DNA of 64,000 bases, from NCBI GenBank assembly GCA_045632805.1, contig JAZQXI010000167.1, forward strand, positions 1,295-65,294, written 5' to 3'. The notes under the pieces were generated by a model. That model did no database searches. It had not been told where the DNA came from and worked only from the letters and a program-made list of their open reading frames with translations. A program made the position numbers and the translations under genes. Origin of the DNA: Eubacteriales bacterium (GTDB lineage Bacteria > Bacillota > Clostridia > Oscillospirales > CAG-272). Below, one piece after another: positions 36,623 to 45,091 of the stretch. How positions within the stretch are numbered: the first letter of the stretch is position 1; the number at the start of each line of letters is the position of its first letter.

Positions 36623-37384
36623 ATGGATTTTTTATCATTGTCGGAGATCACAGTCACGAAAATCGTTTTGGCGATCTGTGTCGAAAAAGGCGCGCCGATC
36701 CACCGCAACCGCCCCTCGCACGGCTTGGCGTTACAGCTTGAAGGGCGGCGGGAATACGTCTTTGAGGACGGGAAGAACTTTACGATTGAAAAAAACGGAT
36801 TGATCTATCTTCCAAAAGGCTCAAGCTATACGGTGCGCACGCACGAGGTTGGAAAAACCTATGCCATCAACTTTGAGATCGATCGTGAGGAGCCGTTTTC
36901 ACCGTTTTATATGAGGATCAAGGATCCCTTTTTGCTGACCGAAGCGTTTGTCGCGGCGGAGCGCACGTGGGGGCAATCGAGCGCCGGACGGGAAAGCGAG
37001 CTTCGCGCCCGACTGTATGATGTTTTGGCACATCTGCAAAGGGAGCGGGAGCGGATCGAGACACGGGACCCGAGATGGAGGCTTGTGCAAAGAGCGGAGC
37101 AGTACCTTGCCGAGCATTACGCCGATCCCGAGCTGCGCATATCGGAGCTTTCGGCGGTGTGCGGTGTCAGCGAGGTCTATTTGCGGCGCTTGTATCGGGA
37201 GCTTTTGAAAACGACTCCCGTCACACGCCTTCGGGCGCACCGCATGAAACGCGCCAAGGAATTGATCGCGTCGGGCTTTTATGGGATGCGTGAGGCGGCA
37301 GAGCTTTCGGGGTATGCCGATTATTCCTATTTTTGCCGCGAATTCAAGAGAGAAACGGGATACGCACCGTCGGAGTATCGGTAG
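36623..37384 (+). CDS. AraC-family transcriptional regulator (cupin sensor plus HTH), divergent from the glycyl-radical enzyme
   Basis: The C-terminal double HTH reads ISELSAVCGVSEVYLRRLYRE...AAELSGYADYSYFCREFKRETGYAPSEYR. ATG 36623 follows GGAGGAG. Confidence 0.8.
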   Translation: MDFLSLSEITVTKIVLAICVEKGAPIHRNRPSHGLALQLEGRREYVFEDGKNFTIEKNGLIYLPKGSSYTVRTHEVGKTYAINFEIDREEPFSPFYMRIKDPFLLTEAFVAAERTWGQSSAGRESELRARLYDVLAHLQRERERIETRDPRWRLVQRAEQYLAEHYADPELRISELSAVCGVSEVYLRRLYRELLKTTPVTRLRAHRMKRAKELIASGFYGMREAAELSGYADYSYFCREFKRETGYAPSEYR

Positions 37385-37531
37385 GCAATCAAATTTTAAT
37401 GGGGGATCATGAAACGGGGGTGAGCCAAATGCGAAAACGCAGTTGGTACTCACCCCCGCAAATGATAGACAACGCAATCAAGTTTCGTCAATTTGCCTTC
37501 CCAAATGTATTGTGCATTTAGGAATATTTTT

Positions 37532-37837
37532 TTACTTTGCAAGATCTTTCATTAAATTCAAAACGGCTTGTCTGGTTTGTGGTGAAAGAGCTTCGTAGGT
37601 TTCGATAAATTCTTTCTTTTTAGAAGGAATGGAAGTGTCACTGCTGTCTTCAAAAAATTCGGACATTGAAATTCCAAATGCTGTACAAAGATTTTCCAAG
37701 GTTGTAATGGACGGGAGTGTTTCACGATTAAACATATTGATAAGCGTAGATTGAGCAATTCCCGATTCTACCGAGAGTTTATAAATTGACCATCCTCGAT
37801 TCATGCGGAGCGTATTGATTCGTTTTAAAATATTCAT
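37532..37837 (-). CDS. XRE-family helix-turn-helix transcriptional regulator
   Basis: The HTH_3-like segment reads LRMNRGWSIYKLSVESGIAQSTLINMFNRETLPSITTLENLCTAFGISMSEFF. ATG 37837 follows AAGGAGGAG. The gene lies in an AT-rich islet. Confidence 0.75.
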   Translation of the reverse strand: MNILKRINTLRMNRGWSIYKLSVESGIAQSTLINMFNRETLPSITTLENLCTAFGISMSEFFEDSSDTSIPSKKKEFIETYEALSPQTRQAVLNLMKDLAK

Positions 37838-37908
37838 AATGCTCCTCCTTAGTTCCTCTTTGTATATATTATAGTACACATTTGTAAAAAAATAATTACC
37901 CATATGTA

Positions 37909-37937
37909 TTGACAATATAATACATTTGTGATATAAT
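37909..37937 (+). promoter_or_regulatory. Consensus promoter facing the membrane zinc-ribbon gene, overlapped by repeated ACATTTGT motifs
   Basis: TTGACA, a 17-nt spacer, then TATAAT. ACATTTGT occurs at 37878-37885 and at 37922-37929, the latter inside the spacer. The inverted repeat ATGTAT-N10-ATACAT spans the -35. Confidence 0.55.
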
Positions 37938-38081
37938 TAGGTGTAAAAAGGAGACAAGATGTTTTGAAATCTTGATTCAACTAAAAGAGGAGGCAATAAA
38001 AGTGCAGATTTTTTATTAAACTTTTTTGCAAAATCTATTGACTTTATTTAGCAGGTTTTTATTTTAAGAAAGGAATATTTT

Positions 38082-38528
38082 ATGGACAATCAAAAAGTTG
38101 ACACACTGTTCGGTGGAATGATTGTTATCATTTTGGGCATCACAATTGCGCTCGTTATTCAATTCTTTATAGCAAAACAGTTTGAAAAAATTGCTATAAT
38201 GAAAGGACATCCAAATGCACATGCCTTTGCATGGTGCTTCTGGCTTGGTATTGTCGGATATATTTATGTTGCCGCCTTGCCAAACATATCTTTAAATAAT
38301 ACAATTCTAAAAAACAAGGCAAATCCTACTACAAATGCTGCCTTTAACCGTTATACCTGCAATTCCATCATCAAGACCGAAAAAGTTACTTCCGGCAAAT
38401 GCTTTGGATGTTACGAGTTTTATCCCGATATATCTTTTTGCAAGATTAATAAAGGTAACAATACAGTTGAGTTTCCCGTATGTGACAAGTGTATAGAAAA
38501 ATATGAGCAAAATGCAAAGAATCGATAA
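38082..38528 (+). CDS. Small membrane protein (2 TM) with a C-terminal CxxC...CxxC zinc-ribbon-like module
   Basis: TM helices are GGMIVIILGITIALVIQFFI and FAWCFWLGIVGYIYVAAL. The C-terminus reads CFGC...CDKC. No family was recognised. Confidence 0.5.
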   Translation: MDNQKVDTLFGGMIVIILGITIALVIQFFIAKQFEKIAIMKGHPNAHAFAWCFWLGIVGYIYVAALPNISLNNTILKNKANPTTNAAFNRYTCNSIIKTEKVTSGKCFGCYEFYPDISFCKINKGNNTVEFPVCDKCIEKYEQNAKNR

Positions 38529-38572
38529 TTTGAGCGAGCTGCGTAAAACGGCTCGCTTTTGTTATACAATAA

Positions 38573-38606
38573 GAGGAGAAGCCCTTGGGCTTCTCCTCGC
38601 ATTTTT
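38573..38606. terminator. Terminator hairpin between convergent genes
   Basis: The stem GAGGAGAAGCC / GGCTTCTCCTC is followed by GCATTTTTA. Confidence 0.65.
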
Positions 38607-38619
38607 ATCAACTTTTAAA

Positions 38620-39279
38620 TCAATAGTTCTCTGCGTGAACCTCAAAGTAGCTCTGGGGATGTGCGCAGGTGGGGCATACCTCGGGAGCATTGGTTCCGAT
38701 GACGAGATGTCCGCAGTTGCGGCACTCCCAAACCTTCACCTCGCTCTTTGCAAAAACAGCAGCGGTTTCTACGTTGTGAAGCAGTGCGCGGTAACGCTCC
38801 TCGTGATGCTTTTCGATTGCGGCAACGAGACGGAACTTTTCTGCCAATTCGGGGAAGCCTTCCTTTTCTGCGGTCTCAGCAAAGCCCGCATACATATCGG
38901 TCCACTCATAGTTTTCGCCGTTTGCAGCCTCTACAAGGTTCTTTGCGGTGTCACCGATGCCGTTCAGCTCCTTGAACCACATTTTTGCGTGCTCTTTTTC
39001 GTTGTCGGCAGTCTTGAGGAAGAGGGCAGAGATCTGCTCGTAGCCTTCCTTTTTTGCAACGGATGCAAAATAGGTATATTTGTTTCTTGCCTGAGACTCG
39101 CCTGCAAAAGCAGCCTCAAGGTTCTTTTCGGTCTGCGTGCCGGCATACTTGTTTGCTTTGGGAGCTTCAACAATCTCCTCAAGCTTCTTTCCCTTGAGTC
39201 CGCACTTGGGGCAAACGGGTTCAACACCCTCGGCAACCTCAAACACTTCACCACACATCAGGCATCTGTACTTTTTCAT
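38620..39279 (-). CDS. rbr: Rubrerythrin with an additional N-terminal rubredoxin-like/zinc-ribbon domain
   Basis: The N-terminus reads CLMCG...CPKCG. Diiron ligand motifs are [23 protein letters not shown] and IEKHHEERY. The C-terminal rubredoxin reads CRNCG...CPTC. Confidence 0.85.
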   Translation of the reverse strand: MKKYRCLMCGEVFEVAEGVEPVCPKCGLKGKKLEEIVEAPKANKYAGTQTEKNLEAAFAGESQARNKYTYFASVAKKEGYEQISALFLKTADNEKEHAKMWFKELNGIGDTAKNLVEAANGENYEWTDMYAGFAETAEKEGFPELAEKFRLVAAIEKHHEERYRALLHNVETAAVFAKSEVKVWECRNCGHLVIGTNAPEVCPTCAHPQSYFEVHAENY

Positions 39280-39306
39280 GTTCGTAATCTCCTTTAAAAT
39301 ATGTTT

Positions 39307-39693
39307 TTAATTTTGAATGGGGTTGGAATGCTCATGGCATTCGCGGCAAACACCGTAGTACTTCACCGAACAGCTTTCCGCAAAAAAATCCTTACTCACG
39401 GGGAGTGATAGATCTTGGGGAGTTGGCAGGTCGATGATCTTTCCACAATGCTTGCAGGAAAAATGCGCGTGACCGTCTATAATCGGGTCGTATCTGGCAC
39501 CCTCGCCGGGAAAGATGAGACGTATGATCTTGCCCTCCTCCTCCAGCACCGTCAGATTGCGAAAAACCGTGGCACGCCCGATCGACGGACAAGTCTTTGC
39601 CAGCGCTTCGTAAACCTCGTTGGCTGTTGGATGATATAGGGAGCACAGCACCTCATAAACGGTATCGCGTTGCTTGGTGGTTCTTCTTTGCAT
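39307..39693 (-). CDS. Fur-family regulator (PerR-like by context)
   Basis: The N-terminal winged helix reads RTTKQRDTVYEVL.....HPTANEVYEAL. The C-terminus reads CKHCG...CRECH. It lies 27 nt upstream of rubrerythrin in the same operon. ATG 39693 follows GGAGGTGG. Confidence 0.75.
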   Translation of the reverse strand: MQRRTTKQRDTVYEVLCSLYHPTANEVYEALAKTCPSIGRATVFRNLTVLEEEGKIIRLIFPGEGARYDPIIDGHAHFSCKHCGKIIDLPTPQDLSLPVSKDFFAESCSVKYYGVCRECHEHSNPIQN

Positions 39694-39868
39694 GTTCCAC
39701 CTCCTTATTGATACCTTGTCTCGATAAGAGTATAACATATCAACAAGCTCTTGTCAATAGTTTTTTTAAAAAAATATAAAAAACTTTTTTGTCCCATTTA
39801 CAAACGCCACGGGAAGTGCTATAATATGTTATATTGAAGAAATACTGCCAAAACGAGGAAACCGAAAT

Positions 39869-41374
39869 ATGACAACTACCAACGTAAGCAATCAAATCGC
39901 AGATCTTTGTGACTACGCCATCCAAAGAGGTTTGGCAGAGGAGTGCGACCGCGTCTTTTTGTGCAATCGTCTTATGGAGGAGCTTGGCGTCTCGGAGTAT
40001 GCTCCCGATCGAGAGCCCGATGGAAGCCGCCCTTTGGAAGAGATTCTCGCCGCCCTTTGCGACTATGCCGTAGAGAACAAGATCATCCCCGACCGAGGCG
40101 TCACGGGAAGAGACCTGTTTGACACCAAGCTGATGGGGATTCTGACGCCGCGCCCGAGCGAGGTCAACCGTGCGTTTTGGTCACTTTACCGCGAGGATCC
40201 CAAGAAAGCAACCGACTATTATTACCGCTTCGCCTGCGATTCCGATTACATCCGCACTTACCGCATCAAAAAGGATCTCAAATGGGTCTATCACGGAACG
40301 TACGGAGACCTTGACATCACGGTCAATCTCTCTAAGCCCGAAAAAGACCCCAAGGCGATCGCCGCAGCCAAGAAGCAAAAGCCTGCGGGCTACCCCAAAT
40401 GCGCGCTTTGTCGCGAAAATGAGGGCTTTGCGGGGAGTCTGAACCAAGCGGCGCGCCAGTCCCACCGACTCATCCCTTTGCAGATCGGCGGCAGGGAATG
40501 GTTTTTGCAGTATTCTCCTTACGTTTACTATAACGAGCATTGCATCCTGCTCTCGGGCGAGCACACGCCCATGAAGATCGATCGCGCCACCTTTGAGCGC
40601 CAAATGGATTTTGTCCGTCAGTTTCCGCATTATATGCTGGGCTCCAATGCCGATCTTCCCATCGTGGGCGGTTCGATTCTGACGCATGACCACATGCAGG
40701 GCGGACGTTATACCTTTGCAATGGAGAAAGCCGAAATTGAGAGAGAATTGACCTTCCAAGGATTTGAAAACGTCAAAGCGGGCATTGTGCGCTGGCCCTT
40801 GTCGGTCGTCCGTTTGCAATCGAACGATCCCGAGGCGCTGATCGAGCTTTCCGAACGGATTCTGCTTGCTTGGCGTGCTTATTCCGATCCCGAGGCAAGC
40901 ATCTTTGCCGAGACTGACGGCGAGCCACACAACACCGTGACCCCCATCGCGCGCCGCCGCGGTGAGGCTTACGAGATGGATCTGGTCCTGCGCAACAATC
41001 TGACCACCGAGGAGCATCCCCTGGGGCTTTTCCATCCCCACGCGGATAAGCACAACATCAAAAAGGAAAACATTGGTCTGATCGAGGTCATGGGTCTGGC
41101 GGTTCTTCCTGCACGACTCAAAACCGAGATGGCGGAATTGGGAGAGGCGATCCTTGCGGGAAAAGACCTCTACGCGGACGAAACGCTTTCCAAGCACGCC
41201 GCATGGGTGGATGCTTTCCGCGACCGTTATACCTTTACCGCCGACAATGTTGACGAAATTCTCCGTGCCGAGATCGGGCGCACCTTCCAAGGTGTGCTTG
41301 AGGACGCAGGTGTTTACAAATGTACTCCCGAGGGGAGAGAGGCGTTTTTGCGCTTTGTCAACACGGTAAAATAA
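39869..41374 (+). CDS. galT: UDP-glucose--hexose-1-phosphate uridylyltransferase (type 2, Firmicutes-type GalT)
   Basis: The ~500-aa length fits the class II GalT family. Typical segments include EWFLQYSPYVYYNEHCILLSGEHTPMKI and GGSILTHDHMQGG. Confidence 0.8.
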   Translation: MTTTNVSNQIADLCDYAIQRGLAEECDRVFLCNRLMEELGVSEYAPDREPDGSRPLEEILAALCDYAVENKIIPDRGVTGRDLFDTKLMGILTPRPSEVNRAFWSLYREDPKKATDYYYRFACDSDYIRTYRIKKDLKWVYHGTYGDLDITVNLSKPEKDPKAIAAAKKQKPAGYPKCALCRENEGFAGSLNQAARQSHRLIPLQIGGREWFLQYSPYVYYNEHCILLSGEHTPMKIDRATFERQMDFVRQFPHYMLGSNADLPIVGGSILTHDHMQGGRYTFAMEKAEIERELTFQGFENVKAGIVRWPLSVVRLQSNDPEALIELSERILLAWRAYSDPEASIFAETDGEPHNTVTPIARRRGEAYEMDLVLRNNLTTEEHPLGLFHPHADKHNIKKENIGLIEVMGLAVLPARLKTEMAELGEAILAGKDLYADETLSKHAAWVDAFRDRYTFTADNVDEILRAEIGRTFQGVLEDAGVYKCTPEGREAFLRFVNTVK

Positions 41375-41409
41375 GAACAATCCCAAAAGGAGAGGAATTC
41401 TATCAAACA

Positions 41410-41443
41410 GGGGCTGTCTCAAATGGCAATTTGAGACAGCCCC
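41410..41443. repeat. GTCTCAAAT-family hairpin after galT
   Basis: GGGGCTGTCTCAAAT-GGCA-ATTTGAGACAGCCCC. Related copies lie at 21881, 33869, 34186, 41573 and 48232. Confidence 0.8.
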
Positions 41444-41754
41444 TCGCACAAAAAAGGCGACGGTAGGCTTTTTCGTGTGGGGAAATTTGCGGTTTTCGCT
41501 GATCAATATGATCCAATCTGATCAAACAAAGGGCGAAAATTGCGGTGTTACAGCCACAAAGCAAAAACCACGGGGGTGTCGACCAAATGCGAGATGCATT
41601 TGAGACACCCCGAAAATTGTATCCTTTTCATCAATAAAAAACACGCTTCGCGCAGTTTTTCTTCTTGACTTTCGAAACGGTTTGTGTTATACTGAAAATG
41701 GATAATTATAGAGATCGCAATATGATTTCGGACAAAAAGAGAGGAACGTAACGC

Positions 41755-44508
41755 ATGAAAAAGAATTTGAGAAGCATGATCGAGGTTCTGCCGCAGGACG
41801 CGCCGCAGTGTCTGGTGGACATGAACCAGTATGATTTGATTGAGAGCACGGGAATGCTCCCCAATCTGGCACATAAGAAGAGCGCGCATATGACAGCGGC
41901 ATGGAATCCCGCAAAGCTTTCGCGCGCGGTCATTCCCATGGGGGGATCGGACCTGTCGGGCTATCGCTATCTGACCTTTTCGGTGTTTGGCACGGGCGCT
42001 TCGGGACTTAGCTTCCGTTTGATGTTCGACAACAGCCTTGACGGAGACGGTAAAAACGGTTATGCCGTTACTTTGAATATTACCAAAGACGGTTGGAACG
42101 ATTACCGTATTGAGTTGCCCTTTATGCACAGCGTCCGAGATGCCGCAGGCTGGGATAATATCGGAAGCATTACGCTCGAATATCTCACGGGTCTGAACGG
42201 CACACGTGCCGCAACGCTGTATTTTGACAGCTTTTTCGTGTACACCGATTATGCAGCACCTCTCTATACCAAGATGCCCGAGCTTAAGGGCGCGGCGCTG
42301 TTCTCCAAGACGGGAAATTTCAGCATCGTTGACCGCAAGCGCATCCCCAACTCGCTCGACGGATCGGACGCCAAGCCCTTTGAAAACGACGGTGTGCTCT
42401 GGCTTCCCATGGCTCCCGTTGCGGCAGGTATTGCATTTTCGACCGTTGCGGATAACCGCGCGATGACTCTGACCTTTACGTACCGTCGTAAGAAGTACGC
42501 ATTCGCGGCTGATTCCGACAAAATGACCGTGGACGGCGAGCCCACAGCACTCGGCTTCTATCCGCAAACGCGAGGAGGCATGCTCTTTTTCCCCGCAGAC
42601 TTCGTGCGTGAGTTCTTCCGTTGGAGACAGATCTTCACCGATCCGATGGGACTCATCGTTCTTTCCAACCGCCGCGGAATTTTCCAAAGCGCGCGTGACG
42701 AGCAGGTGATCTGGCAGTTGATTGCCGACATGACCTTCCTGCGTCCCACGGGCGAGCGCATCCTGAACGATTTGCACCGCCGCTTCCCGAATCCCACACG
42801 CGGCAGACTCCTTTTGACATACGATGAGCTGATGCAGCTCCGCAGAAACACCAAAGAGGATGCGAATCTTAAGGAATACGTCAACGCGCTCAAGTCCCGC
42901 TACGGTGTGGGAACGGCGGCGTTCGAAGCTTCCGAGATCCCCGCGCTTCTGCCGAGAAGCGCACAAGAGCTGGCGGACGAGCTGAACGACTCCGCCGATA
43001 AGATTTTGGCATTTTCCACCCTTTACCGCGTAACGGGTGACAAGAAATACTGCGAGCGTGCCGCAAAGGAGTGTGAGGCACTGGCAGAATTCAAGGATTG
43101 GTGTTCGCAGACCATGTCGGTGACGGGCACGGTCGCACTCTCCGTGGCAATCTGTTACGACTGGTGTCACCATATGTGGAGCGAGGGCAGAAAGGCGATC
43201 GTTGAACGCGCACTGCTTCGCAACGGTATGCGTGTCGGTCTTGATTGCTATGACGGAAAAAGAAAGATGTGGATCGCGGGAGGAACCGCGGCGGCTGTGG
43301 TCAATGCGGGAATGCTTGCCGTGTCTTTGGCGCTTGCCGACATCTATCCCGAGACCGCGCATAAGCTCCTTGACCGCATTTTGCGCAATGTAGAGCCCTG
43401 CTTTGCATCCTATGCGCCCGACGGCGGCTACTGCGAGGGCGTTGCTGCATGGGAAAAGAGCTTCCGTTCTCTCTCCTTGATCATCGCAATGCTGCAAAAG
43501 GCGTGCGGCGAGGACTACGGTCTTCTGTCCGCTCCCGGCTTTGCCGCAACCGCATATTTCCCGATCTGCACCGAGACCGCAAACGGCGCATGGAACTTCC
43601 ATAACAGCGCGCAAGCTCCCATCGACACGTCGATGATGTTCTGGCTTTCCGAGCAGATCGGCAATCCCACCCCCGCATGGATGCGCCGTCAGCAGCTTCT
43701 GTCGGGTCAAAAGCAGGTACATCCTTTTGACATTGTATTCTATACCGCAGTCGATGACGGTTTGACGCAAAGACTTCCCACCGATGCCGTATACCGCAAG
43801 GCAGGTCTTGCGATCATGCGCTCGGGATGGGGACGTGAGGATATTTTCCTTGGTCTGCACGGCGGAAACAACGCAGAGATCAACGGTGACCTTGACGCAG
43901 GCAGTGTTGTGCTGGATGCGGGCGGTGTGCGCTTCTTTGCCGAGACAGGCGGAATCGCATCGCTTCCCGTTATGCTCCGCAGACGTGCCGCAGGGCAGAA
44001 CACCATTGTGGTCAATCCCACCGAGGAGCCGGCGCCCGATCAGAATCCTCTTGCGGTTGCAAAGCTTACCGAGATGAAGGGAAGTACAGAGCATATTTAC
44101 GCCGTTGTGGATATGGCGTCCACCAATGACGCGATCCTGCGCGGTAAGCGTGGCGTGATGCTTACCGATAACCGCTCCACTGTAGTCATTCAGGACGAGC
44201 TGGTGCTGTCTGCTCCTTCCAAGATCGTTTGGACAGTCTACACGCCTGCCGCAGTGACGCTTTGCAACGGGAACAAGAGCGCAAAGCTCGAAAAGGACGG
44301 CAAGACCCTGCTTTGCAAGGTCGGTGGTGTCGGGCAGGCAAAATTTGCTTGTGAAGCGGTAGAAGGATGCGATCTGACCCGCTTGTTCATTGAGCTTGAC
44401 GTTAAGGAGCGTCTGCGCCTGTCGGTTGCATGCGCACTGATCGATGCGGACGAGCCCACGACCAAAAAGCTTTACGATACCGCGCCCATCAGCACATGGG
44501 GCGAATAA
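41755..44508 (+). CDS. Large heparinase II/III-like protein with an N-terminal beta-sandwich and a copper-amine-oxidase-N-like domain, no signal peptide
   Basis: A heparinase-II/III-type segment reads LGLHGGNNAEINGDLDAGSVVLDAGGVRFFAETG, preceded by an alpha-toroid-like middle region. The promoter is TTGACT-17-TATACT at ~41667-41695. Confidence 0.55.
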   Translation: MKKNLRSMIEVLPQDAPQCLVDMNQYDLIESTGMLPNLAHKKSAHMTAAWNPAKLSRAVIPMGGSDLSGYRYLTFSVFGTGASGLSFRLMFDNSLDGDGKNGYAVTLNITKDGWNDYRIELPFMHSVRDAAGWDNIGSITLEYLTGLNGTRAATLYFDSFFVYTDYAAPLYTKMPELKGAALFSKTGNFSIVDRKRIPNSLDGSDAKPFENDGVLWLPMAPVAAGIAFSTVADNRAMTLTFTYRRKKYAFAADSDKMTVDGEPTALGFYPQTRGGMLFFPADFVREFFRWRQIFTDPMGLIVLSNRRGIFQSARDEQVIWQLIADMTFLRPTGERILNDLHRRFPNPTRGRLLLTYDELMQLRRNTKEDANLKEYVNALKSRYGVGTAAFEASEIPALLPRSAQELADELNDSADKILAFSTLYRVTGDKKYCERAAKECEALAEFKDWCSQTMSVTGTVALSVAICYDWCHHMWSEGRKAIVERALLRNGMRVGLDCYDGKRKMWIAGGTAAAVVNAGMLAVSLALADIYPETAHKLLDRILRNVEPCFASYAPDGGYCEGVAAWEKSFRSLSLIIAMLQKACGEDYGLLSAPGFAATAYFPICTETANGAWNFHNSAQAPIDTSMMFWLSEQIGNPTPAWMRRQQLLSGQKQVHPFDIVFYTAVDDGLTQRLPTDAVYRKAGLAIMRSGWGREDIFLGLHGGNNAEINGDLDAGSVVLDAGGVRFFAETGGIASLPVMLRRRAAGQNTIVVNPTEEPAPDQNPLAVAKLTEMKGSTEHIYAVVDMASTNDAILRGKRGVMLTDNRSTVVIQDELVLSAPSKIVWTVYTPAAVTLCNGNKSAKLEKDGKTLLCKVGGVGQAKFACEAVEGCDLTRLFIELDVKERLRLSVACALIDADEPTTKKLYDTAPISTWGE

Positions 44509-44515
44509 AACACAT

Positions 44516-44549
44516 ACGGGCGAGCCGATCATCGGCTCGCCCGTATTTT
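44516..44549 (+). terminator. Intrinsic terminator
   Basis: The stem ACGGGCGAGCCGAT / ATCGGCTCGCCCGT is followed by ATTTT. Confidence 0.75.
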
Positions 44550-44554
44550 GATCT

Positions 44555-44585
44555 AAAAAGAGAACCGCCGCGGCGGTTCTCTTTT
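44555..44585. terminator. Bidirectional terminator
   Basis: AAAAA-GAGAACCGCC-GC-GGCGGTTCTC-TTTT. Confidence 0.75.
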
Positions 44586-44600
44586 GGGGTATATAAGTTA

Positions 44601-44966
44601 TTAGTCTTTCACTTTGTTGTACTTGGTTCCGGCGATCTTGATGTAATCTTCGCCTTCTTCAAAAGCAACGGGCTCTTCAAGTGCTTCTACGAACGCCTTA
44701 ACAGCAGCGTCTGCGCTTTCGGTGTCGGTAAAGTTGAAGGAGATCTTATCATCTTTGATCTCGTAGCCGGCTTCGATTGCGCCAAGCTCCTGACCGAGAA
44801 CGGTGATTGCGATGGTAACCTTGTTGCCGTCAAAGGTCAGAACCGTGCCGTTTCCGAAAACGGTTGCCTGATACTTGCCGGAAAGGGTCTTTGCGCAAGC
44901 CGCAAGAGTCATAACAGACATAACCAAAACGAGAGCCAGAGCGATGATTTTCAGGGTGTTTTTCAT
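44601..44966 (-). CDS. Small lipoprotein of unknown function
   Basis: The signal peptide carries the lipobox LAAC. ATG 44966 follows AAAGGAGAAAA. The promoter TTGACA-17-TATAAT (minus) lies at ~45019-45047. Confidence 0.6.
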   Translation of the reverse strand: MKNTLKIIALALVLVMSVMTLAACAKTLSGKYQATVFGNGTVLTFDGNKVTIAITVLGQELGAIEAGYEIKDDKISFNFTDTESADAAVKAFVEALEEPVAFEEGEDYIKIAGTKYNKVKD

Positions 44967-45091
44967 TGTTTTTTCTCCTTTTGATTGAATTTTGTGTGAT
45001 GGATTTGTGACCACCATGGAATATTATAGCACGATGATGCGAAAATGTCAATAAGAATTGCGCAGTTCATATAAATTTAACAGGGGTAGCA

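Noticed and set aside
41548-44532. A 994-aa ORF on the minus strand.
   Set aside because: It is antisense to the heparinase-like gene and runs through both of that gene's terminators. It has a low-complexity Arg/Gly/His/Cys-rich composition, so it is a shadow ORF.
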